This document shows, in pieces, positions 29,647-38,761 of a stretch of 64,000 nt of DNA. Below the pieces are notes generated by a model that was not told where the DNA came from, searched no databases, and saw only the letters and a list, made by a program, of their open reading frames with translations. The position numbers and the translations under genes were made by a program. How positions within the stretch are numbered: the stretch's first letter is position 1; the number at the start of each line of letters is the position of its first letter. Source of the stretch: Flavobacteriales bacterium (lineage in GTDB: Bacteria; Bacteroidota; Bacteroidia; Flavobacteriales_F; PHOS-HE28); NCBI GenBank assembly GCA_016712535.1, contig JADJQW010000002.1, positions 852,458-916,457 of the forward strand. Reading direction: 5' to 3'.

Positions 29647-31266
29647 TCAGGCGATCAGCCTGAACGCATCACCATCGAAGAGCCCTTTATCGCTGAGCTT
29701 GAGGTGCGGGATCACGAGCAGCGCCATGAAAGAGAGCGTCATGTATGGCGCGGCCAGCGTGGAGCCGAGGGCTTTGGCCTCGCGGTCCATGGCTGAGTAG
29801 GCATCGGCCACGGTCCAGGCATCGGCATCGCTCATGATGCCGGCGACAGGCAAGGGCAGCACGCGATGGTGACCTCCATCGGCGAGGCTGATGCCGCCCT
29901 TGTGCTCGATCACGAGGTTGATGGCGTCGCAGAGGTCCTTATCGTTCGCGCCGATGGCCACGATGTTGTGGCTGTCGTGCGCCACGCTGCCGGCTATGGC
30001 ACCGCGCTGCAATCCGGTGCCCGTGATCCATGCCACGGCGGGTTGGGTGTCAGCGTAGCGATTCACTACGGCGATCTTCAGGATGTCCTTCGCGGGGTCT
30101 GGCAGGCAAACGCCGCCGCGAACAGTGGGTGGCATCCACCTCTTCCGCGTGATCAATTGTCCGTCGAGGGCTTCGATGCACAAGAGGTCTTCGCCTTGTG
30201 CGGCCACGGCGAAGTCGGCAATGTGCTTTGGTGCGCAGTTGAAGTTGTTCGGCGCATCGACTGGTACGCGGTCGATGAAGCTTCGTCCTGCCTCAGCGAC
30301 GAGTTGGCCTCGGATGAAGGTCTTCTTCACCCGGAACTCCTTCAGGTCATCCACCACGATGAAGTCAGCCGGATCGCCAACGCGCAATCGACCGACTGGC
30401 AAGGCGTAGTGCCCAATGGGATTGATGCAAGCCGCGCGCAGGACTTTGAATACGTCAATCCCACGCGATACCGCTCGCGCGCAAAGCCCGTTGATGTGGC
30501 TTTCCACGAGGCCATCGGGGTGCTTATCGTCGCTGCACAGCATCATGCAGTGGCTCCAATCGTGCAGCAGGTCGATGAGGGCCTCGAAGTTCTTGGCAGC
30601 GCTGCCTTCGCGCACCTGCACGATCATGCCCTGCTCCAATTTGAATCGTGCCTCCTCGGTTGTGAAGCACTCGTGGTCGGTGGTGATGCCGGCCGCGATG
30701 TAGCGCGTGGCCATGTCGCCGTGCAAGCCGGGCGCGTGCCCATCGATGGGCTTGCCGAGGCGCTTGGCGTGATCCAGCTTCCGCATCATCTCCGCTTCGC
30801 CGTTGAGCACGCTAGGGAAGTCCATCACCTCGCTGAGGTAGCGCACTTCCGATCGGGCGAGCAACCGCCCCACGCCATCGGCATCGATGCGGGCGCCTGC
30901 CGTCTCGAAGACGGTTGCCGGCACGCAGCTGGGAGCGCCGAAGAAGAAGTGGAAGGGCACGCGCTGACCGTTGGAGATCATGAATTCCACGCCTTGTTCG
31001 CCGAGGACGTTGGCGATCTCATGCGGGTCGCTGATGGTGGCCACGGTGCCATGCAGCACGGCAAGGCGGGCGAATTCGCTGGGCACGAGCATCGAGCTCT
31101 CCACGTGCACATGCGCATCGATGAAGCCGGGCAAGATGAACCCTTCACCGGGGCCTTCCGCTTCCTCGATCCCCGCGATGCGGCCTTCGTTTACCGTTAT
31201 GCGCGCCGTGGCGATGCGGCCCTCCTCAATGCGGACGAGCTGGCCGATGAGGCTGAAATCCGCCAT
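29647..31266 (-). CDS. ade: adenine deaminase
   Basis: 539 aa. Amidohydrolase metal-binding HVH motif (GFIDAHVHVESSM) and full-length similarity pattern to Ade. Confidence 0.85.
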   Translation of the reverse strand: MADFSLIGQLVRIEEGRIATARITVNEGRIAGIEEAEGPGEGFILPGFIDAHVHVESSMLVPSEFARLAVLHGTVATISDPHEIANVLGEQGVEFMISNGQRVPFHFFFGAPSCVPATVFETAGARIDADGVGRLLARSEVRYLSEVMDFPSVLNGEAEMMRKLDHAKRLGKPIDGHAPGLHGDMATRYIAAGITTDHECFTTEEARFKLEQGMIVQVREGSAAKNFEALIDLLHDWSHCMMLCSDDKHPDGLVESHINGLCARAVSRGIDVFKVLRAACINPIGHYALPVGRLRVGDPADFIVVDDLKEFRVKKTFIRGQLVAEAGRSFIDRVPVDAPNNFNCAPKHIADFAVAAQGEDLLCIEALDGQLITRKRWMPPTVRGGVCLPDPAKDILKIAVVNRYADTQPAVAWITGTGLQRGAIAGSVAHDSHNIVAIGANDKDLCDAINLVIEHKGGISLADGGHHRVLPLPVAGIMSDADAWTVADAYSAMDREAKALGSTLAAPYMTLSFMALLVIPHLKLSDKGLFDGDAFRLIA

Positions 31267-31271
31267 CGGCT

Positions 31272-32150
31272 TCAGCGCTTGCGCCCGAAGAAGTACCAGA
31301 GCGCGATGATCACGAGCAGCATTCCGACGAAGCCGCCGGCTGCGATGAGCACGAGCTTCATCAGCTTGCCTTTCACTTCCTGCTCCTTGCCATCGATCAG
31401 GCCCGCGAGGCCCTTGGACGATTCGCCATCGATGTCCGGGTCGTAGTCAGCGTGGCGGTACCCTTCGTTGAAGGCGGCCATGTCGAGCACGGCGGGCAGC
31501 TCATCCTGCACTTCATCGAGGTGGTCCATGGTGCTGATGGCGTTGATCACCAGCACGCCATAGCGCCCGAGAATGCGGATGTTGTAGTTGAGCACGTTGC
31601 GCTCGCTGTCGTCGCTCACCATTTCCTTGGCCCAGTGCAGGGCCTTGCGCTCGCGGTCGTAGTATGGCGGCGAGGCCCAGCCGATGAGCTGCAGCCCGCT
31701 GTAGCCTGCCGCACGGCGCTGCACATTGGACAGGCTGTCCTCGTGGATCATGTCGCGGAGCTTGGCTTCGTAGTCGATGCTGCCTGCATCGCGGTCATGC
31801 ACGTATCCGTTCTCCTCGTAGTACACCACGTAGGCGGGGAGGTCATCGTAAACACCGGCCTCAGCTTGAAGCACTATGCCGAGCAGGTCATCCGCTATGG
31901 CCGGCGGGTTCTGCCAAACATCCACGAGCAGGTGGTGGGCTTGGTCGGCATTGAGGAACTTGTGCGTGGGCGGCACATCGATGGCGGCTGCGCCATGCGC
32001 GAGTTCGATCGTTCCGCCTTGCCAATCGAAGGCAGCGATGAGGGAATCGATGTCGAGCGGACCTCTATCATCGAGTGACGCGATGCTATCGCCCTGGGCG
32101 AATGAGCACGCAGAGGCGAAGATCCCCAAGGCCAGGAACGATGTGCGCAT
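31272..32150 (-). CDS. DUF2167-like membrane-anchored protein
   Basis: 292 aa. N-terminal signal and C-terminal TM helix (LVLIAAGGFVGMLLVIIALWYFF). Confidence 0.6.
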   Translation of the reverse strand: MRTSFLALGIFASACSFAQGDSIASLDDRGPLDIDSLIAAFDWQGGTIELAHGAAAIDVPPTHKFLNADQAHHLLVDVWQNPPAIADDLLGIVLQAEAGVYDDLPAYVVYYEENGYVHDRDAGSIDYEAKLRDMIHEDSLSNVQRRAAGYSGLQLIGWASPPYYDRERKALHWAKEMVSDDSERNVLNYNIRILGRYGVLVINAISTMDHLDEVQDELPAVLDMAAFNEGYRHADYDPDIDGESSKGLAGLIDGKEQEVKGKLMKLVLIAAGGFVGMLLVIIALWYFFGRKR

Positions 32151-32172
32151 GCGGCGAAGCTAGCCGCCCCGC

Positions 32173-33297
32173 TCAGTGCCCGAACATCTCCTTCACGCGC
32201 TCGAAGAAGCCCTTGTCGCTGGCTGTGGGCTTGGGTTGGAAGCCCGGGCTGCTGCGCAGCTTCTCGAGCGCCGCTTTCTCTTCTTTGCTCAGGTTCGTCG
32301 GTGTCCACACGGCCACATGCACGAAGAGATCGCCGTGGCCATGGTGCTGCACGCTGGGCAGGCCCTTGCCCTTGAGGCGCAGGATGTGGTTCGACTGCGT
32401 CCCGGGCTCGATCTTGAGCTTGGCCTTGCCGGCCACGATCGGCACTTCGATGCTCGCGCCGAGCGCTGCATCGACCATGCTGATGAAGACCTCGTGGTGC
32501 AGGTGCGTGCCATCGCGGCGCAGTTCGGGGTGCTGCTCCTCTTCGATCACTACGAGCAGGTCGCCGGGCACGCCGCCAGCAGGCGCTTCATTGCCCATGC
32601 CGCTGATGTTGAGCTGCATGCCCTCCTCCACGCCAGCAGGGATCTTGATCGGAACCACCACCTCCTCGCGCACGAGGCCGTGCTCGTCGCTGCCGGGGGC
32701 GCGCTTGCTCACCGTTTGGCCGATCCCGCCGCAGGCCGGACAGGTGCTCACGGTCTGCATCTGGCCGATGAATGTGCTCTGCACGCGGCGCACTTGCCCG
32801 GAGCCGCCGCAGGTGTGGCAGTTCCCGTATTCGCTGCCCTTGCCGCGCACAAGCTTCACCACCTTGATCTTCTTCTCCGCGCCAAGGGCGATCTCTTCCA
32901 GCGTGAGCTTGATGCGCACGCGCAGGTTGCTGCCCTTGACGGTGCGGCCTCCGCGCTGCTGCCCGAATCCTCCGCCGAATCCTCCGCCGAAGTGCCCGCC
33001 GAAGATGTCGCCGAACTGGGAGAAGATGTCCTCCATGTTCATGCCGCCGCCTTGGAACCCGCCGCCGCCCATCTGTGGGCCGGCATGGCCGAAGCGATCA
33101 TACTTGGCTTTCTTCTCGGGATCGCTCAGGGTCTCATACGCCGATGCCGCCTCCTTGAATTGCTCCTCCGCGGCCTTATCTCCGGGATTCTTGTCCGGAT
33201 GGTATTTGATGGCCAGCTTGCGGTAGGCCTTCTTGATGTCCTCCGCGCTCGACTTTCGGTCAACACCGAGCACTTCGTAGGGGTCGCGCTTGTTCAT
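32173..33297 (-). CDS. dnaJ: molecular chaperone DnaJ
   Basis: J-domain with HPD (KYHPDKN), G/F-rich region, and four CxxCxGxG zinc-finger repeats. Confidence 0.95.
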   Translation of the reverse strand: MNKRDPYEVLGVDRKSSAEDIKKAYRKLAIKYHPDKNPGDKAAEEQFKEAASAYETLSDPEKKAKYDRFGHAGPQMGGGGFQGGGMNMEDIFSQFGDIFGGHFGGGFGGGFGQQRGGRTVKGSNLRVRIKLTLEEIALGAEKKIKVVKLVRGKGSEYGNCHTCGGSGQVRRVQSTFIGQMQTVSTCPACGGIGQTVSKRAPGSDEHGLVREEVVVPIKIPAGVEEGMQLNISGMGNEAPAGGVPGDLLVVIEEEQHPELRRDGTHLHHEVFISMVDAALGASIEVPIVAGKAKLKIEPGTQSNHILRLKGKGLPSVQHHGHGDLFVHVAVWTPTNLSKEEKAALEKLRSSPGFQPKPTASDKGFFERVKEMFGH

Positions 33298-33321
33298 GTC
33301 TTCAATTCATTCGGTTCGTTT

Positions 33322-33339
33322 GGCGAATCATGATTCGCC
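33322..33339. promoter_or_regulatory. perfect 18-bp palindrome GGCGAATCATGATTCGCC between grpE and dnaJ
   Basis: Seen directly. The same CGAATCA/TGATTCG half-sites recur at 42222-42238. Either an intercistronic hairpin or an operator. Confidence 0.4.
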
Positions 33340-33340
33340 G

Positions 33341-33979
33341 CTACTCACCGACGACGACCTTGGCGTAGCGGATCACCTTTTCGTGCAGCGTGTAGCCGTT
33401 CTCCACCACGTCGATCACCTTGCCCTTCAGGTCCGCGCTGGGAGCAGGGGCCTTGGTGATGGCCTCGTGCTTATCGGTGTCGAAGGCCTGTCCTTTCACA
33501 TCGGCCATCGGCTTCACGCCCTGACTGCCCAGGATGTGCAGCAATTTGCTCTGGATCAGATGGAAGCCCTCGCGCACCACGGCGACGTCATCGGTCTTCG
33601 CGTTGCTTGTGATCGCGCGCTCCATGTCGTCGAGGACCGGCAACATGTTCTTCAGCGTGTTCTCGCCCGCGAATTGGATCAGCTCCAAGCGCTCCTTCGC
33701 GGTGCGCTTCCGGAAGTTGTCGAATTCGGCGTTCAGGCGCAGCCACTTGTCCTTCAGGTCGGCGGCGTCAGCCTTGGCAGCGATGAGCTGCGCGCTCAGT
33801 TCACGGATGTCCTCGCGTCCATCGGCTTCAGCATCGTGCATCACGTGCTCCGCTGCCGCTTCGCTCGCAAGGGTAAGCGGGTCCTTGGCCTGTTCGTCCT
33901 GTGCATCCATCGGCAGGGCCTGTTCGGCAGCCTTGTCAGCAGCCGTCCCGGCCGGGCTGACATCGGGTCGCTCGGTCAT
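33341..33979 (-). CDS. grpE: nucleotide exchange factor GrpE
   Basis: ORF 33341..34084. Conserved GrpE core (…DNFRKRTAKE…GFHLIQSKL…). Start at MTERPD (33979) or the upstream MIFNKRR (34006). Confidence 0.85.
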   Translation of the reverse strand: MTERPDVSPAGTAADKAAEQALPMDAQDEQAKDPLTLASEAAAEHVMHDAEADGREDIRELSAQLIAAKADAADLKDKWLRLNAEFDNFRKRTAKERLELIQFAGENTLKNMLPVLDDMERAITSNAKTDDVAVVREGFHLIQSKLLHILGSQGVKPMADVKGQAFDTDKHEAITKAPAPSADLKGKVIDVVENGYTLHEKVIRYAKVVVGE

Positions 33980-34104
33980 GGTGTTTCGTCTCTTATTGAA
34001 GATCATCGCATGCTGGTCAAGCGCGGTGCCATGGGGCATTTCACTGACGGGGCGCGAAGGTCGGGGACTTTTTGGCAGGAGCACAGGTACAGCAGGGCAC
34101 GAAA

Positions 34105-34140
34105 AGGGAAGGCCCCGGTTTCCCGAGGCCTTTCCGATGG
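34105..34140 (-). terminator. hairpin terminator downstream of the TlpA-like gene (minus strand)
   Basis: AAGGCC…GGCCTT stem followed by CCCTTTTCG on the minus strand. Approximate boundaries. Confidence 0.4.
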
Positions 34141-34153
34141 GGGGTGCGCTGCC

Positions 34154-34732
34154 TCAGAGGCTCTTCACATGCTTGTCCAGTTCCTGATGCAGCGCCATGC
34201 CGCGCAGGTTCTTGGCGATGATGATGCCATTCGGATCAACCAGGAAGCTCATGGGGATGGAACTCACGCCGTAGAGCTGTGAGCCTTGTGATTGCCAGAA
34301 TTTCAGGTCGCTCACGTGATACTTCCAGATGAGGTTGTCTTGGGCGATGGCCTGCTTCCATTGCTCGCGGTTGCGGTCCAGGCTCACACTGTACACCTCG
34401 AAGCCCTTGGCATTGGTGAACTTGGCTTTGCTGTACTTCTGATAAGCCGAAACCACGTTGGGGTTCTCCATTCGGCAGGGGCGGCACCAGCTGGCCCAGA
34501 AATCAATCAGCACGAACTTGCCTTTCAGTTCGGAGAGCTTCAGCACTTTGGTGCTATCGGGATTCATGAAGGCCAGCTCTGGGGCCTTGTCGCCGATGGC
34601 GGTGCCCACCTTGGCCTTGCCTTGCTGTTCATCAGCAGCGGAACTGCGTGAGGTGAAGCCGTAAACGGCCAGCAGGACCACGGCGGAGATGGAGAGGATC
34701 TGCGTCTTTGACATGAGGGAGCGGAGATTCAT
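34154..34732 (-). CDS. TlpA-family thiol-disulfide oxidoreductase (thioredoxin-like)
   Basis: Signal peptide. WCxxC motif FWASWCRPC. Confidence 0.75.
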   Translation of the reverse strand: MNLRSLMSKTQILSISAVVLLAVYGFTSRSSAADEQQGKAKVGTAIGDKAPELAFMNPDSTKVLKLSELKGKFVLIDFWASWCRPCRMENPNVVSAYQKYSKAKFTNAKGFEVYSVSLDRNREQWKQAIAQDNLIWKYHVSDLKFWQSQGSQLYGVSSIPMSFLVDPNGIIIAKNLRGMALHQELDKHVKSL

Positions 34733-34881
34733 GTGGCGAAAGTAGGTGGGTTGGAGGCGCCGCGCTCAGCCAAGATCGTGCCGAGAGGGGAAGGCCGAGG
34801 GCAGCAGGCGTTTGGCAATTGGCAGTCGGCGGGAGGCTCTGCGGCGAATGGGCCTGGATAATACCTGCTGACCGCTTGAGC

Positions 34882-36186
34882 TCAGACCACTTCGATCTTG
34901 GCTCCGATGGCATTCAGCCTTCCCTCGATGTCCTGGTAGCCGCGGCGGATCTGCTCGATGTGATCGATGGTGCTCACTCCCTCGGCGCTGAGGGCCGCGA
35001 TGAGCAGCGAGACGCCCGCGCGGATGTCGGGGCTTGTCATGCGGATGGCGCGCAGGGGCCGTTCGAAGTCCTTGCCGATCACCAATGCGCGGTGGGGATC
35101 GCAGAGCGTGATCTGGGCGCCCATCTCGATCAGCTTGTCCGTGAAGAACAAGCGGCTCTCGAACATCTTCTGGTGGATGAGCACGTGCCCGCTGGCCTGC
35201 GTGGCGGTGACCAGCACGATGCTCAGCAGGTCGGGAGTGAAGCCGGGCCAGGGGTGGTCGCTGATCACGCGGTTGCTGCCGTCGAGGAAGGGCTCAATCT
35301 CGTAATGCTCCTGCGCTGGAACATGGATGTCGTCGCCTTGGCGGATCACGGCGATGCCCAACTTGCGGAACACATCGGGGATGATGCCCAGATGGTCGTA
35401 GCCGGTGTCCTTGATGGTGATGGTGCTGCGCGTCAGGGCAGCCAGGCCGATGAAGGAGCCGATCTCGATCATGTCGGGCAGCATGCGATGCTCAGTGCCG
35501 CCGAGCTCTTTCACGCCATCGATGTGGAGCAGGTTGCTTCCGATCCCCTCGATCCTGGCGCCCATGCGCACCAGCATGCGGCAGAGCTGCTGGATGTACG
35601 GTTCGCAGGCGGCGTTGAAGATGGTGGTGCGCCCGTTAGCGAGCGTGGCGGCCATGATGATGTTCGCCGTGCCGGTCACGCTCGCTTCATCGAGCAGCAT
35701 GTAGCAGCCCTTCAGCTTCTTGGCTTCGGCGTGGAAGAAGCCTTCCTTCTCGTCGTAGCGGATGGCGGCGCCGAGGCGCTCGAAGCCGATGAAGTGGGTG
35801 TCCATGCGGCGTCGGCCGATCCGGTCTCCGCCGGGTGACGGGATGTAGCCGCGACCGAATCGCGCAAGTGCAGGACCAGCCACCATCACGCTGCCGCGCA
35901 AGCTTCCGCCCATGCGCTTGTACTCCGGATCGAGGAAGAATTCGAGGTTCACATCCTTGGCTTGGAACCGGTAGCTGCCTGCCCCGAGTCTTTCCACGGC
36001 CACCCCCATCGCTTTCAGCAGGTCGATGAGCTTGTTCACATCCACGATGTCCGGGATGTTATGGATGGTCATCGGCTCGGACGTGAGCAGCACGGCGCAA
36101 AGGATCTGCAGTGCCTCGTTCTTGGCTCCTTGCGGAACCAGTTCGCCTTTCAGCCGTCGTCCGCCTTCGATCCGGAAACTGTTCAT
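34882..36186 (-). CDS. murA: UDP-N-acetylglucosamine 1-carboxyvinyltransferase
   Basis: ORF 34882..36210. Start MNSFRIEGG. Full-length MurA pattern including the KLKG…C active-site loop region. Confidence 0.9.
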   Translation of the reverse strand: MNSFRIEGGRRLKGELVPQGAKNEALQILCAVLLTSEPMTIHNIPDIVDVNKLIDLLKAMGVAVERLGAGSYRFQAKDVNLEFFLDPEYKRMGGSLRGSVMVAGPALARFGRGYIPSPGGDRIGRRRMDTHFIGFERLGAAIRYDEKEGFFHAEAKKLKGCYMLLDEASVTGTANIIMAATLANGRTTIFNAACEPYIQQLCRMLVRMGARIEGIGSNLLHIDGVKELGGTEHRMLPDMIEIGSFIGLAALTRSTITIKDTGYDHLGIIPDVFRKLGIAVIRQGDDIHVPAQEHYEIEPFLDGSNRVISDHPWPGFTPDLLSIVLVTATQASGHVLIHQKMFESRLFFTDKLIEMGAQITLCDPHRALVIGKDFERPLRAIRMTSPDIRAGVSLLIAALSAEGVSTIDHIEQIRRGYQDIEGRLNAIGAKIEVV

Positions 36187-36362
36187 GGTGTTCGCGTTGC
36201 CGCGAAGCAAGAACGCGAGCGGCGCCTATATTCCATCGACGGCACCGAGGTGCTAACAGGCCGTTGTGTTTCGCTCTGGGAGGGTGGACATTGGAGCCAC
36301 CGAGCAAGGCCGCGCCCACCGGTTGAGGGTTGAAGCTTGGAGCCAACGCGCGTGGCAAAGCC

Positions 36363-36388
36363 CACGGGATGCGGGTTGTACAACCCGC
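36363..36388. terminator. perfect 12-bp-arm palindrome GGATGCGGGTTG-TA-CAACCCGCATCC downstream of DUF4290 gene
   Basis: Seen directly. No U-tract. Flanked by copies of the GGTTGAGGGTTGRAG motif (see findings). Confidence 0.45.
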
Positions 36389-36418
36389 ATCCTCGAATCA
36401 ACCTCCAACCTCCTACCC

Positions 36419-37105
36419 CTAGTACCGATTCTTCTTCCGTTTCCGGTGCCGCTTCTTGCCGCCGCCACCGCCGCCCTCCTGATTGGCGTAGCGGGCCTTC
36501 CGCGGGTCCACTTCGCTGCGCGGACCGTTCCGCTGGGTGCTCAGCAGGGCATCCGTGCTGGCCAATTGCGCGGCAGCCGCCAGGCGCACCTTGCCGCCGC
36601 TCATGTCCGCGAGGTCCTTCAGTATCACGCCATCGGGCACGGTGTCGCGGTTCCAGGCAAGGAATTGCCGTTTCATCAGGTTGGCGATGAGCAACGCATA
36701 AGCATCGCGCTTGTCGCCCGCTTCCATCGCCGCGCATTGGACGATCATGCGCTCCACGATCTTGCCGTAATGGCCGTACTTGATGTCGCCTTGCGGGTAT
36801 GGCACACGCGAGGGCTTGCTCTCCAGCTCCTCCGGTGTGGGCTTCGGGAATGGCGCATCCACATCGAGCTTGAACTCGCTCATGATGTGCAAATGGTCCC
36901 AGAGGGTGCGCTCGAAATTGTCGCTGTTGCGCAGCTGCGGGTTCAAGCGCGCGATCACTTGGATGATGGCCTTCGCGGAACGGGTGCGGCGCTCGCGATC
37001 CTCCATCTCCATGCACATCTCGACCATGCGCTGCACATTGCGGCCGTACTCGGGGATGATCAGGCGCGGGCGCTGGGTGTTGTAGTCGAAGGGGGCGTTG
37101 ATCAT
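36419..37105 (-). CDS. DUF4290-like protein
   Basis: 228 aa. N-terminus MINAPFDYNTQRPRLIIPEYGRNVQRMV. K/R/G-rich C-terminal tail. Confidence 0.6.
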   Translation of the reverse strand: MINAPFDYNTQRPRLIIPEYGRNVQRMVEMCMEMEDRERRTRSAKAIIQVIARLNPQLRNSDNFERTLWDHLHIMSEFKLDVDAPFPKPTPEELESKPSRVPYPQGDIKYGHYGKIVERMIVQCAAMEAGDKRDAYALLIANLMKRQFLAWNRDTVPDGVILKDLADMSGGKVRLAAAAQLASTDALLSTQRNGPRSEVDPRKARYANQEGGGGGGKKRHRKRKKNRY

Positions 37106-37198
37106 GAGGGCGGGGAACGATTTATCGATGGTGCGCCGCTGGAGATAGGACGCTGGCGCCGCCGATTGGCAGCGCGGACGAAAGTAGGGATCGCCGCA

Positions 37199-37765
37199 CT
37201 AGCCGCCGGTCTTGTAGAGCCGCACCCATTCCGGATCCTGCATGTCGCGGAGCAGGCGCAGCGCGTCCTTGCCGAAGTAAGGCCCCTGCCAGTGCGGATG
37301 CATTGGTGCGCGGTATGCCTGCAGCATGATCTGCTGTCGGGGCGATGGCGCCGACTCCTCGGCGCTCCAACCCAGGCCCTGGCCAGCAACTGGCGCGTCT
37401 CGGAAACGGAGCTTCCAGAGGTTCCGGATCGGAAGGCATTCCAATCCGCTCCGGACCGTGCCGTGCTCCAGCTGCGGGCCGCAATCCTGAATGCCGTGCT
37501 CCTCGAACAGATCGATTCCCTCGATGTTCGCTGGGCTCTCTTCGAGGCCGGCCATTTGCAGGATGAAGGCCTCGGTCCGGATAGGGCGGCTTTCCACCAC
37601 CGCTCCGTTGAGCACCGAATAGATGAAGAGCGTGTAGAATTCGCCCTGAGCATTCGGGTTCAGGGTGAAGCCGAATTCGCGGTTCGCATATGGCCGATCC
37701 GGCTGAGCGCATAAGGAGCTCAGCATCAAGGAAAGCAATGCAAGCAGAAACCGATTGGTCTGCAC
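37199..37765 (-). CDS. hypothetical secreted protein
   Basis: 188 aa. Signal peptide MQTNRFLLALLSLMLSSLCAQ. No family recognised. Confidence 0.5.
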   Translation of the reverse strand: MQTNRFLLALLSLMLSSLCAQPDRPYANREFGFTLNPNAQGEFYTLFIYSVLNGAVVESRPIRTEAFILQMAGLEESPANIEGIDLFEEHGIQDCGPQLEHGTVRSGLECLPIRNLWKLRFRDAPVAGQGLGWSAEESAPSPRQQIMLQAYRAPMHPHWQGPYFGKDALRLLRDMQDPEWVRLYKTGG

Positions 37766-37831
37766 GTGATAAGGCGGATCGGGCTAGCAAGCCGATCGGT
37801 TGAACGGAACATCGTGCCAGGAAGTTGGCGC

Positions 37832-38755
37832 TCAGCGCAAGCTCATCACCTCGCTGAGCAGCCTGGGAAGCGATCCCTCCGGCGCCTCATCATCGAAGTG
37901 GCTCAGCACGCAGTGCACATGCCGTCCGCGCACCTCGGCCGTCAGGTAATAGGCAATGATCGTGCGGCCGGTCTGCCCAACGACACGGACGATGCCCGGC
38001 ACCTTGTATGCAATCCGGACCGCGCTGGCTTCCACGCCCTCGAAGGTCACCGGGACAGTATCCCGCGAAACGACCTCGTGTTCGATGATAGAGGCGTTCA
38101 GTTGAGCATCAAGCCTTGCCCTTGCGCGATCATGATCGGTGGTCACCCCCCAATTCATCTGGCCCAACCCGGAGCATTGGCAATTGTGGGGCGCCATCCA
38201 ATGGCAGGCTGTTCCAAGCTTGATGACCCTGCCGCAGAACGTGATCTCATTGGCGGGCTGGACCACGGTTGGAACGAAGGATATTCCCATTGCGAGCAGC
38301 CGCTCAACCACGGCATGCTCGAAAACGGGATCTTGGGCAATGGGAGCAGCGAAGCCGATTACCCAGTACTTCGATGGGCCATTGGGGAGGAAGTAGAAGC
38401 GCTAATACAGCCCGCTCACTGTATCGCTGGTAGCATAAGTAGCGTTCGGCAGAGCCCATCGGGCATCATCCTTAGAGGCGACCACCGCCTTTGGCAATAG
38501 GCGCTTCAAGGTTTTCTCATAAGCCTTGTGGCCCGGCGGCCAATCATGGCTCTTGATCGCCATGGAGTACCCGTTGCCTTCGATGTGCAGGCGCTGTTCC
38601 TGGTCCATCATGCCGACCATTTCGGCGAACACATGCTGATGGGGATCCACTTTTACTCGATCGCCATCGGCAACAAGCGTTTGGCACCAAGCGATGCACG
38701 GAAGCAAACAGGCCGTTATCAAAGGAATCGTTGAGAGGCGCATCATCGACTCCAT
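37832..38755 (-). pseudogene. hypothetical secreted protein split by an in-frame TAG (38402-38404), or two adjacent genes
   Basis: ORFs 38402..38755 (signal peptide MESMMRLSTIPLITACLLPCIAWCQ…) and 37832..38311 are in the same frame on the minus strand. The 30 intervening codons (RFYFLPNGPSKYWVIGFAAPIAQDPVFEHA) contain no further stop. GC3 there is about 67%. Confidence 0.35.
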
Positions 38756-38761
38756 CTGCGT

